Part shown: one piece after another, positions 19,043-28,241 of the stretch
Layout: every line of letters begins with the position of its first letter
How positions within the stretch are numbered: position 1 is the first letter of the stretch
Assembly (NCBI GenBank): GCA_049664145.1
Contig: JBATES010000252.1
Span: 3,371 to 67,370 of the forward strand
Direction of reading: 5' to 3'
From: Smithella sp.
GTDB taxonomy: Bacteria > Desulfobacterota > Syntrophia > Syntrophales > Smithellaceae
DNA length: 64,000 nt
Position numbers and translations under genes: made by a program
The notes under the pieces: model-generated
Databases searched by the model: none
Told to the model about the DNA's origin: nothing
What the model saw: only the letters and a program-made list of their open reading frames with translations

Positions 19043-21696
19043 GCGGAAAGCCCTTTTAATTTTTTCAGCGCTCCTTCCAGAGTGGTATATTTCTTCTGGA
19101 GCTCTTTTAACTTCTCTTCTTCTTTCTGAATGATTTCCGGCGCTGCTTTGGCACGGAAATCACGGTTCGCCAGTTTTTTCGAACACTGTTCCAGATCTTT
19201 GGTGATCTTGCCCAGTTCTTTTTCCAATCTTGCTTTCTCCGCGGAAACATCAATAACGCCCGCCAGGGGAACATATAATTTTGTCGAACCGGTAACCGCC
19301 GTAGCCACTCCCTTGGGTTCAGCTATATTCATTTCTACTTTTAGGGATTCGAGATTGGCCAGATTGATAATGTAGTGCTGATCATTTTCTATCATCTTCC
19401 GGCTATCCTCATCGCCTGCAGAAATCAAAACATTCAGTTTTCGTGAAGGCACGATGCGCATTTCACCACGGATGTTACGAATGGACGTGATGATTTCCAT
19501 TATCATCTCCATTTCTTTTTCCGCTTCGTCATTTTTCCAAGCTTCATACACCACAGGAAAATGGCTGACCATGATGGAATCCTTGTCGCTGCTCTTCAAT
19601 ACCTGCCAGAGTTCTTCCGTCAGGAAAGGCATAAATGGATGCAACAACTGCAACATCTTCTGAAATACTTCATATAACGTCCTTTGCGCCGCTCGTCTTT
19701 GCTCCGGCGTTCCCTTGCCGTAGAAAACCGGCTTGCTTAATTCCAGATACCAGTCACAAAGCTCGTGCCAGATAAATCGATAAACAGCGGCTGCAGCATC
19801 GTTGAAACGGTAGTCATCCAAACTTACGGTTACCTCTTCTATCGTCTTGTTGAGTTTCGTTTTGATCCATTGATCCGCCAGGGAGTCTTCAACGTGCATA
19901 GATGCTGATTCGTCATAATCCTCGAGATTGGTGAATGTTAATTTGGAAGCGTTCCAGATTTTATTGACAAAAAATTTGTAACCTTCGATGCGCTCCGGCG
20001 AAAGGCGCACATCACGTCCCTGCGCCGTGTAGGCGGCCAGCGTGAAGCGAAAAGCATCCGTGCCGTATTGATCAATCATCAGCAGAGGATCGATACTGTT
20101 ACCTTTGGACTTACTCATTTTTTCGCCTTTTTCATCACGGACAAGCGCGTGCAGATAAACATGCTTGAAAGGCACATCTTTCATCACGTAAATACCCATC
20201 ATCATCATGCGGGCGACCCAGAAAAAGAGAATGTCAAAACCGGTGATCAAAAGGGATGTCGGATAAAAAGTTTTTAAAGCTTCCGTGTTTTCCGGCCAGC
20301 CTAGTGTGGAAAATGGCCAGAGCGCTGAGCTGAACCAGGTGTCCAGAACATCCTCGTCCTGTCGCAGAGAAGCGCCGCCGCACCCGGGACATTGATCAGG
20401 ATCGGTTGTGGCCACAATTACTTTTTTGCAATGGTCACAATACCAGACGGGGATACGATGCCCCCACCAGAGCTGTCGAGAAATGCACCAGTCGCGGATG
20501 TTGTTCATCCAGTCGAAGTAAGTGGCTTCCCAGGTTTTGGGAATAATCTTCGTTTTCTCCTTGACCACAGCCGCAATCGCCTGTTTGGCCAGAGGCTTGA
20601 TTTTGACAAACCACTGCTTGGAAACCATCGGTTCGATGTCCGTCTTACAGCGATAACACTGGCCAACGTTATGCGCGTAAGGTTCTATTCCGACGAGATA
20701 ACCGCCCTTTTCCAGATCGGCAATGATATTCTGGCGCGCGGCGTAACGATCCTGTCCGTTGTAGGCGCCACCGTTTCCGTTGATAAACCCTTTGCCGTCG
20801 ATGACGGTGATGATTTCCAGATTGTGCCTTTGCGCCATCGCGAAGTCATTGGGATCGGAGGCGGGAGTAATTTTGACGGCGCCGGAGCCGAAATCCATCG
20901 TGACATAATCATCGGCAATCACCGGAATCTTTTTGTTCATCAGAGGCAAAATAACTTCTTTGCCGATTATGTTGGTATATCGTTTGTCGTCGGGATGCAC
21001 AGCGACCGCAGTATCGCCCAGCATGGTTTCTGGTCTGGTGGTCGCCACAACAATTTCACCCTTGCCGTCAGCAAACGGATAACGGATATTCCAGAGGAAG
21101 CTCTGATCCTGCTTGAATTCCACTTCAAGATCGGAAATAGCGGTGTGGCAGCGCGGACACCAGTTAACGATGTAATCGCCCTGATAAATCATTCCTTCAT
21201 TGTAAAGCCGGACAAAGACTTCGCGCACCGCGTGGGATAATCCTTCATCCATGGTAAAGCGTTCCCGTTCCCAGTCACACGAACAGCCGAGTCTCTTGAG
21301 CTGATTGATAATGACGCCACCGTATTGTTGACGCCATTCCCAGACACGGGCGATAAATTTCTCACGTCCCAGTTCGTGGCGGGAAGTTCCTTCCTTTAAT
21401 AATTTCTGTTCAACGACGTTTTGCGTGGCAATACCGGCGTGATCTGTGCCGGGCATCCAAAGCGCGTTATAACCCTGCATTCTTTTAAAACGGATAATGA
21501 TGTCCTGCAGGGTATTATTCAGAGCGTGTCCCATGTGCAGCATGCCCGTGACATTCGGAGGCGGAATCACTATCGAGAAAGCCGGCGCATCACTTTTATC
21601 CTGTGCGTGAAAATATTTATTTTTTACCCAGTATTCATACAATCTCTTTTCGGCATCGGCCGGTTCAAAAGCCTTGCCTAACTCTCGCTTTGCCAT
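19039..21696 (-). CDS. valS: Valine--tRNA ligase
   Basis: HIGH-type PPPNVTGMLHMGHALN, KMSKS, C-terminal coiled coil, 885 aa. Confidence 0.97.
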   Translation of the reverse strand: MAKRELGKAFEPADAEKRLYEYWVKNKYFHAQDKSDAPAFSIVIPPPNVTGMLHMGHALNNTLQDIIIRFKRMQGYNALWMPGTDHAGIATQNVVEQKLLKEGTSRHELGREKFIARVWEWRQQYGGVIINQLKRLGCSCDWERERFTMDEGLSHAVREVFVRLYNEGMIYQGDYIVNWCPRCHTAISDLEVEFKQDQSFLWNIRYPFADGKGEIVVATTRPETMLGDTAVAVHPDDKRYTNIIGKEVILPLMNKKIPVIADDYVTMDFGSGAVKITPASDPNDFAMAQRHNLEIITVIDGKGFINGNGGAYNGQDRYAARQNIIADLEKGGYLVGIEPYAHNVGQCYRCKTDIEPMVSKQWFVKIKPLAKQAIAAVVKEKTKIIPKTWEATYFDWMNNIRDWCISRQLWWGHRIPVWYCDHCKKVIVATTDPDQCPGCGGASLRQDEDVLDTWFSSALWPFSTLGWPENTEALKTFYPTSLLITGFDILFFWVARMMMMGIYVMKDVPFKHVYLHALVRDEKGEKMSKSKGNSIDPLLMIDQYGTDAFRFTLAAYTAQGRDVRLSPERIEGYKFFVNKIWNASKLTFTNLEDYDESASMHVEDSLADQWIKTKLNKTIEEVTVSLDDYRFNDAAAAVYRFIWHELCDWYLELSKPVFYGKGTPEQRRAAQRTLYEVFQKMLQLLHPFMPFLTEELWQVLKSSDKDSIMVSHFPVVYEAWKNDEAEKEMEMIMEIITSIRNIRGEMRIVPSRKLNVLISAGDEDSRKMIENDQHYIINLANLESLKVEMNIAEPKGVATAVTGSTKLYVPLAGVIDVSAEKARLEKELGKITKDLEQCSKKLANRDFRAKAAPEIIQKEEEKLKELQKKYTTLEGALKKLKGLSA

Positions 21697-21766
21697 TTGT
21701 TTTTTTCACTCCCTGTTCCAACTATTAATTAATGGTCGCAATGACCTGCTTTTTATTCTTTTGGTT

Positions 21767-21904
21767 TATCCCACGTCACTTCGCTCCTGGGATAGTTTCC
21801 AATCCCGATATATCGGGATTGGATAGTTCGACTAACGCTTCACTATAGTTCAGCTTGTCTCACTACGGCTAACCAATTCCGCTTCACTACGCTCTCGGAA
21901 TTGG
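21767..21904. repeat. Array of three related hairpins (REP-like intergenic repeat family, locus A)
   Basis: Hairpins at 21767-21794 (7-bp stem, 14-nt loop), 21798-21823 (perfect 26-bp palindrome) and 21873-21904 (9-bp stem, 14-nt loop). Shares motifs with 63031-63140. Confidence 0.65.
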
Positions 21905-21913
21905 AGTCTCACT

Positions 21914-21938
21914 AAAAAAGGGCTTTGCGCCCTCTTTT
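21914..21938 (-). terminator. Intrinsic terminator of the TPR/SLH lipoprotein gene
   Basis: On the minus strand, GGGC-GCAAA-GCCC is followed by TTTTTT. The stem is short and GC-rich. Confidence 0.55.
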
Positions 21939-21963
21939 GCGTTTATCTTTATATTTCAATAAT

Positions 21964-23142
21964 TTATTTATTAATATCGACCTTTTCCTTAAACTTGCGA
22001 ATGATGATCTGAGCTTCCAGTCCCGATAACGGTTTCAACGGAGCAAACTCTCCCGTTTTTATGTTTTTTGCCTTCATAATATCCCGTGACGTCATAGACA
22101 TAATGGCATTAAAATATGGCATATCCACTGGCACATCACGAAATGATGATTTTGATTTTAAATATTTTGTGGCCAACTCTTTCTCACCGGTCAGTTTGAT
22201 GATGCCTTCCAGCATCAGGGCGTATTCACCGCGGGAAATTATTTCGCCCGGCTTGAAATTACCATTCGGATCATTTTCCAGACCACGAACTCCCGTTTTC
22301 AAGACTTCTTCAATATCATTTTTGAACGGATGATCAAAGATGTCATTGGCCATCGGTGGAACCGGTGGATGAAGCACACCTCCGGTCACAACCGGTTCTG
22401 ATATCCCGGCTGTTTTTTCTTCAGTTTTTACCTCCGGCTTGCTCAGTAATTCTTTGATTTTTAATTCTTCCACAAACAATGCCGCCGCATCCGCTCTGGT
22501 TATTTTTTCAACATTGGCGATCTGTTTGCCGGCCTGCGTCGTGGGCTTTGCCTGGATGTACATATCGATAAACTTCAATTGCGTTTCGGCTTCAGCCAAA
22601 TAGTCCGTCTTTAATTCGGTCACTTTGGTAAACATCTGATTGGCAAAATTGAATTCCAATGCCTCTTTATAGGCCAGTCCCATAAAATAATACGCGGGCG
22701 CGTGATCGGCATCAATTAACGTGGCTTCATGAAATTGATTTTTGGCCGATTCCAGCCAGTTCTGCTCTGCTTTGTTCGCGGTAAAATAGCGGATCCTGGA
22801 CACATTGACAAAGAGTTTTTCATCATTGGTTTGAGCGGTTTTGGACCCCTCCACCAGATTGTCGGCGGCGGAATCAAATTTACCCGTGGCCGTATAAACC
22901 AGCGCCAGTCCGGTATAAGCCTTGGAATAATTACTGTTAAGCTGGTTGGCCATTTTGAACTCTCGTTGGGCGTCGGAATATTTACCCAGATCAAGCAGTT
23001 TCAGACCCGCGTAGGTATGATGGCCGGGAGTGTCCAGTTGACTGACCGCTTCTCTGGTGACCGGGCCACAGGAAGCCAGAGACAAGACTACGGCGTAAAT
23101 AATGAACGGGAAAATGAATGTTCTGATTCTTTCAGGTTTCAT
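21964..23142 (-). CDS. Lipoprotein with TPR repeats and C-terminal SLH-like domains
   Basis: Lipobox LSLASC; TPR-like AYTGLALVYTATGKFDSA / APAYYFMGLAYKEALEF; SLH-like segments (DIFDHPFKNDIEEV...FKPGEIISRGEYALML, FRDVPVDMPYFNAIM). Confidence 0.7.
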   Translation of the reverse strand: MKPERIRTFIFPFIIYAVVLSLASCGPVTREAVSQLDTPGHHTYAGLKLLDLGKYSDAQREFKMANQLNSNYSKAYTGLALVYTATGKFDSAADNLVEGSKTAQTNDEKLFVNVSRIRYFTANKAEQNWLESAKNQFHEATLIDADHAPAYYFMGLAYKEALEFNFANQMFTKVTELKTDYLAEAETQLKFIDMYIQAKPTTQAGKQIANVEKITRADAAALFVEELKIKELLSKPEVKTEEKTAGISEPVVTGGVLHPPVPPMANDIFDHPFKNDIEEVLKTGVRGLENDPNGNFKPGEIISRGEYALMLEGIIKLTGEKELATKYLKSKSSFRDVPVDMPYFNAIMSMTSRDIMKAKNIKTGEFAPLKPLSGLEAQIIIRKFKEKVDINK

Positions 23143-23211
23143 ATTATTTCTTCCTAAAACCGACTGATATCATTATCTTCAGAACCGGTTTAAGTCAAGC
23201 AATATTGCGTA

Positions 23212-24150
23212 TTAGACCAACGCATGATCCTTCCAGAAATTGCCCACTTTTTTTTTAATTTCTGTCATAGAATCATGACCGAACCAATTGATTTCCTTAT
23301 CGGCATTAAACCAGGTCATCTGACGCCGGGCGTATTGCCAGGTATCGCGCTTGATGAGATTGATCGCTTCGTCCCAACCGTATTTTTTGTTCAAAAATCC
23401 GAGAGCCTGTTTATAGCCTAATGATTGCAGAGATTTCAGGTTTTCGCTGTAACCCATAGCCAGAACTTTTTTAACTTCATCCAGCAATCCGGCAGAAACC
23501 ATTTTATCCGTGCGTTCTTCAATCCTCTTCTTTAATTCTTCGCGATCCACCTGAATACCGACTTTGTAAGTTGAGTAAGGACGATCAGCGAAGGAATGCT
23601 TTTTTTGTTTGACGGTAATGGATTCGCCGGTTTGTTCCAGAACTTCCAGCGCCCGGATGACTCTCACCGAATCATTGGGTTTAATCTGTGCAGCGGCAGC
23701 ATCATCTCTTTTTAGAAGCATGTCGTAAAGATATTTTTTACCGTGCGTGTCCCGCAGCGCGCGGTAAAAATTTCTGATACTTTCATCCACGTCCGGCGTA
23801 TCGATAATTCCCCGGAGCAGCGCCCTGATATACAACCCTGTTCCACCCACGACAAAAACCGGCTTCCCCTTCCCAGTCAATTCAACAATAATCGCCCGTG
23901 CCTTTTCAGCAAACAAAGCGGCATTGAATTCTTCATCGGGATTCACCACATCAATCAAGTGATGTCTGATTCCCTTGCGCTCCTCTATTGTCGGTTTGGC
24001 CGTGCCGATATCCAGGTAGCGGTAAACCTGCATCGAATCGGCGCTGATGATTTCGCCTCCGAATTCCAGCGCTAGATTAACAGCCATCCCCGTTTTACCT
24101 GTGGCGGTTGGCGAATTGATGATGACCAGCGGCAACTTTTCCATATTCAT
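23212..24150 (-). CDS. miaA: tRNA dimethylallyltransferase
   Basis: SPTATGKTGMAV P-loop, ISADSMQVYRYLDIGTAKP. Confidence 0.95.
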   Translation of the reverse strand: MNMEKLPLVIINSPTATGKTGMAVNLALEFGGEIISADSMQVYRYLDIGTAKPTIEERKGIRHHLIDVVNPDEEFNAALFAEKARAIIVELTGKGKPVFVVGGTGLYIRALLRGIIDTPDVDESIRNFYRALRDTHGKKYLYDMLLKRDDAAAAQIKPNDSVRVIRALEVLEQTGESITVKQKKHSFADRPYSTYKVGIQVDREELKKRIEERTDKMVSAGLLDEVKKVLAMGYSENLKSLQSLGYKQALGFLNKKYGWDEAINLIKRDTWQYARRQMTWFNADKEINWFGHDSMTEIKKKVGNFWKDHALV

Positions 24151-24153
24151 TGC

Positions 24154-25947
24154 TTACTTTCTTTTGAACATTCTTTCGATTTCGCTTAAGGAAAAATTGA
24201 TGGTAACGGGACGACCGTGCGGACAGGTCAGATTGAATGGCGTTGCTTCCAGATCGCGGCATAAAGCGGCCACTTCTTCGTTGGAAAGAAATCTGTTGGC
24301 CTTGATGGCAGCCCGGCAGGCCAGCGACGCCAGAATTTTTTCTCTTCTTTCCTTCAGCGAAGGCATCTGGTTCTGATCGCTTAACTGATCGGCTATGTCG
24401 GAAATTATTTCACTGATTTTGACCTGAGACAACGTTGCCGGAACCGTTTTAACGGCAATCGCGTCACGACCGAAGATTTCAATTTCCAGACCGATTTCCT
24501 GAAAGAAATCCAGATAATCATTAAACAGCGCAATCTGCCCCGGCGTTACATTGACAATTTCCGGCATCAGCAGTGACTGGCTGATAACCTTTTCTCCCGC
24601 TGATTTCTTTAAGTTCTCCAGGATAATGCGTTCATGCGCCGCGTGTTGATCCAGCAGCACAAGACCTCCCTCACCTTCGAAAATCAGATACGTATTGGCA
24701 TACTGCCCCACATATCTCATGCCTGTAAAGGATATCTTTTCATCCGGCGATGTATTATTTTCATCAACCGGAAAATATTTTCTTTCCATCACCGGCCGCT
24801 TCAACAAATCATCATTGATAGCCTGCTGTAAATTGCGTCTGGAATACGTGCCAAAAGGCATCGCCGGAGATTTTTCCCGCACGGATGGTGTGGGAAAAGA
24901 AAAATTCTTTTTCTCTTTGGGCTCCAAACGATAAATGAAATTTCCCTTGGATGTTTGCGCTTCGGCCAGATTTTGCGCTATTGCTTTAGAGACCAGATCA
25001 AAAACAGCGCGTGCATCTTTAAAGCGGACTTCCAGTTTTGCCGGATGGACATTCACATCAACATCTTCCGGAGGCATTTCCAGAAACAGCACAGACGCGG
25101 GATATCGGCGCGGCTCGATGATCTGCCGGTATGATGACAACACGGCGTGAAGCACGCTGTTATCGCGGACAAAGCGTTTATTAACAAACAAATAAACACT
25201 TTTGGAATTTGATTTCGTATATTCCGGCCGTGATATGAAACCAGTCAAGATTAAATTCTCTTTTTGCAACTCAACGGAAAGACAATGCGCAGCAAAATCA
25301 TCGCCCATCACCATCGCAATTCTCTGCGACATATCCTTGGTTTCCGGCGCGACAAATACTTCGCGGCCGTTGACCAATACTTTAAAACGCACTTCCGGAT
25401 GAGCCAGTGCCAGGCGGGTAATCGCGTCCAGACAAGCGCCTTGCTCCGTGGCTTCCGTTTTCAAAAACTTGCGGCGCGCGGGAACATTGGCAAATATTTT
25501 CGTCACCGATATCTGCGTGCCTTCCGGACAGCCCGCCGGAGCAACCTCTTTTATTTTGCCTGCTTCCAGCATGGCTTTTGTTCCCGATAAATCTTTTTTG
25601 CGTCTGGTCAGCAGTTCCACCCGCGCGATGGAAGCAATACTGGGCATCGCCTCACCACGGAAACCGAAAGAAACTACATTGAATATATCTTCAAAATGAT
25701 GAATCTTGCTGGTGGCGTGTCTTTCAAAAACCAGCGGAACATCGTCGTGTTCGATTCCCGAACCGTTATCCATCACCTTGATGGACTGACAACCGCCCTT
25801 TTCCAACTCCACCCTGATATCCTTCGCTCCTGCGTCTATGGAATTTTCCACCAGTTCCTTGACGATGGATGCGGGCCGTTCCACCACTTCCCCGGCGGCA
25901 ATCTTATTGGCAATTTCCAAAGATAAAACTACAATGCGTTTGGACAA
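24154..25947 (-). CDS. mutL: DNA mismatch repair protein MutL
   Basis: IANKIAAGEVVERPASIVKELVENSIDAGA. I place the start at TTG 25947, 7 nt after AGGAG; the track ORF extends to 26004. Confidence 0.9.
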   Translation of the reverse strand: MSKRIVVLSLEIANKIAAGEVVERPASIVKELVENSIDAGAKDIRVELEKGGCQSIKVMDNGSGIEHDDVPLVFERHATSKIHHFEDIFNVVSFGFRGEAMPSIASIARVELLTRRKKDLSGTKAMLEAGKIKEVAPAGCPEGTQISVTKIFANVPARRKFLKTEATEQGACLDAITRLALAHPEVRFKVLVNGREVFVAPETKDMSQRIAMVMGDDFAAHCLSVELQKENLILTGFISRPEYTKSNSKSVYLFVNKRFVRDNSVLHAVLSSYRQIIEPRRYPASVLFLEMPPEDVDVNVHPAKLEVRFKDARAVFDLVSKAIAQNLAEAQTSKGNFIYRLEPKEKKNFSFPTPSVREKSPAMPFGTYSRRNLQQAINDDLLKRPVMERKYFPVDENNTSPDEKISFTGMRYVGQYANTYLIFEGEGGLVLLDQHAAHERIILENLKKSAGEKVISQSLLMPEIVNVTPGQIALFNDYLDFFQEIGLEIEIFGRDAIAVKTVPATLSQVKISEIISDIADQLSDQNQMPSLKERREKILASLACRAAIKANRFLSNEEVAALCRDLEATPFNLTCPHGRPVTINFSLSEIERMFKRK

Positions 25948-26153
25948 CTTATTTCTCCTGAACAACTTGAATACATTATTATTACAATAAATCAAAATCT
26001 GCAACCATGATTAAAGTGCATTCTTGTTTAAGTATAAATTGTGCCAAATAATGCGACATATTGAGCATAACACTTGAATTTATTCTTTTCTTGTGTAAAG
26101 AAATATCGGGTTAATTATCTATATGAAAAAAAATAATTCAAAGTGAGTTACAC

Positions 26154-27572
26154 ATGGAAAAATTTTTCGATCCAAAATCTGTTGTTGTCGTCGGCGCTTC
26201 CAATTCTCCCTTCAACCTCGGCGCCACAATCTGTAATATGCTGAAGGATTATCTAAAATATGCCGGCGCTGTTTATGCGGTCAATTCAAAAGGAGAAAAT
26301 GTAAATAGCTATCCGGGTTATTCGTCAATACTCGCTCTCCCCGAAGCGCCCGATCTGGCGGTCATCATCGTGGCGGCAAAAAACGTTCCCGGCATTATCA
26401 GGGATTGCGCCGCCAAAGGGATCAAGCGGGTCATCATTGAAAGCGCCGGTTTTTCCGAAGGCGGCCATGATGGCGAAGCGATGCAACGCGAGATCGACGA
26501 TGTCGCCAGAGCCAATGGCATCCGCATCATGGGACCGAACTGCCTGGGGACACTGGACACCCGCAAAAAATTCTGCTGTTTCTATGGCGTTAATCCCAGC
26601 CTGGTCGAAATGGGCCGGATATTTGAGGCACCGGGGAATATATCCTATATCATCCAGAGCGGCGGCATCGTCGTCCTCGTTATTGAGTCATTCTTTTACG
26701 ATCTCGTTGGCGTGAACAAGGTTGTCAGCATCGGTAACAAGTGTGATGTGGATGAGGCTGATTTGATTGATTACTTTCAAAAAGACGAGACTCAAGTCAT
26801 CGGTATTTATCTGGAAAGTGTGGCTGATGGCCGCAAACTGATGGAGGCTGCCAAAAAGTCGCGCAAGCCGATTATGATTTACAAAGTGGGCCGCACACAG
26901 GAGGGTGTCATGGCCGCCATGTCGCACACTGCGGGAATGGCCAGCAATGATAAAATCTTCGAGAGTGCCTGCAAGCAATCGGGAATCATCCGTCTAAAAT
27001 CTATCGATGAACTCCACTCTATGCCCAAGATGCTCACGGAAATGCCTCTTTTGAAAGGCAAGCGGATTGCCATGTTCACCAATTCCGGAGCCTTCGGCAG
27101 CATTAGTGCGGACCTGCTGGTGGAAGCTGATTTGCAGGTGGTGCGTTTGAATCCGCAAACACAGGAAAAATTGAAAAAGGCGGGACAGGTTTTCAATATC
27201 AAGAACCCGGTTGATATTGGTCCCGCACCACCGCAGACCTATCTCGATATTTACGAAATCCTTCTTTCCGCTGACGAGGTGGATGGTCTTTTACCACTGC
27301 TGAGTGTCTGGCAGACATTCGTGATTGATACGCTTCTGGAGCTTATGAAGATGTGCAAACATTACGAAAAGCCCGCCGCCATCTATACGCCGAACGCCAT
27401 GGCCAAATCCATTTCCATTCGCTCCAAGCACCGGATACCGATATTTGAAACAGCGGAGCAGGCCGTGCGGGCATTATCCGTTTCCCATTACTATTATGAT
27501 TCACTGCGAAAAAGGAATTTTATTTCGGCAGAGTCATCATCAGCAAAAGAAAAGTTGTTTCACTCAGGCTGA
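26154..27572 (+). CDS. NDP-forming acyl-CoA synthetase alpha-type protein (CoA-binding plus ligase-CoA domains, no ATP-grasp domain)
   Basis: FDPKSVVVVGASNSP CoA-binding N-terminus and a phosphohistidine-type segment AAMSHTAGMA. Paralogous to the N-terminal two thirds of the 720-aa protein at 35088-37250. Confidence 0.75.
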   Translation: MEKFFDPKSVVVVGASNSPFNLGATICNMLKDYLKYAGAVYAVNSKGENVNSYPGYSSILALPEAPDLAVIIVAAKNVPGIIRDCAAKGIKRVIIESAGFSEGGHDGEAMQREIDDVARANGIRIMGPNCLGTLDTRKKFCCFYGVNPSLVEMGRIFEAPGNISYIIQSGGIVVLVIESFFYDLVGVNKVVSIGNKCDVDEADLIDYFQKDETQVIGIYLESVADGRKLMEAAKKSRKPIMIYKVGRTQEGVMAAMSHTAGMASNDKIFESACKQSGIIRLKSIDELHSMPKMLTEMPLLKGKRIAMFTNSGAFGSISADLLVEADLQVVRLNPQTQEKLKKAGQVFNIKNPVDIGPAPPQTYLDIYEILLSADEVDGLLPLLSVWQTFVIDTLLELMKMCKHYEKPAAIYTPNAMAKSISIRSKHRIPIFETAEQAVRALSVSHYYYDSLRKRNFISAESSSAKEKLFHSG

Positions 27573-27692
27573 AAGATTGCATCGTGACAACATTCTGATA
27601 GCGTCGGACACTATCTGGAGGAATATCTCGCTGCTTTATCCACAAAAAAAAGAAATAATATTTTCAATGATTTTTCGGTGAGGAGAATGGCA

Positions 27693-28076
27693 ATGACAAT
27701 CGAAATCAATCAGGACCAGTTACGGGAATTGCTGCAAAATCCCAATGACAAGTCGTTCATTATGCTAAATCTACTGAAGTTTAAAAAAGAAGGCGGGAAA
27801 AAGTCATACGCGCGTTATCTTAAAGAAGCCACCAGGTTTGTGGAAGGAGTCGGCGGAAAACTTTTGTTATTCAGCAAACCGAAGGAACTGCTAAATGGAA
27901 CTCAAACCTGGGATCTTTTGATGCTGGTATGGTATCCGTCCCGCAAGGCTTTTTTTAATATGGCTAAGAATCCCGAATATCTAAAAATTCATGGTTTTCG
28001 TGAAGAAGCGCTGGAGGACGCCGTTCTTTACGCAACGGATGAACTAAACCCGCGCGATCTGCTGCGGGATGAGTAA
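27693..28076 (+). CDS. DUF1330 domain protein
   Basis: MTIEINQDQL...FIMLNLLKFK...WDLLMLVWYPSRKAFFNM resembles DUF1330 (dimeric alpha-beta barrel). ATG 27693 lies 7 nt after AGGAG. Confidence 0.65.
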   Translation: MTIEINQDQLRELLQNPNDKSFIMLNLLKFKKEGGKKSYARYLKEATRFVEGVGGKLLLFSKPKELLNGTQTWDLLMLVWYPSRKAFFNMAKNPEYLKIHGFREEALEDAVLYATDELNPRDLLRDE

Positions 28077-28241
28077 GCTGTCAAGAACTACCACTTGAAT
28101 TAATTAAATCTTGTCTTATTATTGATAGCACCTACAACTTCGCAGTTTTTGAAGGTTGTTTGGATTACGTATATTACCTACTATTCTTCAGTATTTGATA
28201 GAAAACAAAGTTAAGGATTTCTATTTGAAATGTTCCTAAGG

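Noticed and set aside
20392-21240. 282-aa ORF antisense to valS
   Set aside because: Shadow ORF inside a strongly supported aminoacyl-tRNA synthetase gene, with no motifs or RBS.
21767-21904. Possible degenerate CRISPR array
   Set aside because: The repeat units differ in length and sequence, the spacing is irregular, there are only three units, and no cas genes are present. The palindromic-hairpin architecture fits REP-like elements better.
21697-21963. Possible T-box leader or riboswitch upstream of valS
   Set aside because: Reading the minus strand, I found no T-box consensus (…GGTGGTACCGCG-like) and no terminator/antiterminator pair next to the start codon. The hairpins instead belong to a dispersed repeat family.
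25948-26004. 19-codon N-terminal extension of mutL (MQILIYCNNNVFKLFRRNK)
   Set aside because: AGGAG followed 7 nt later by TTG at 25947 gives the canonical MutL N-terminus, and the extension has no homolog-like sequence. This remains somewhat uncertain.
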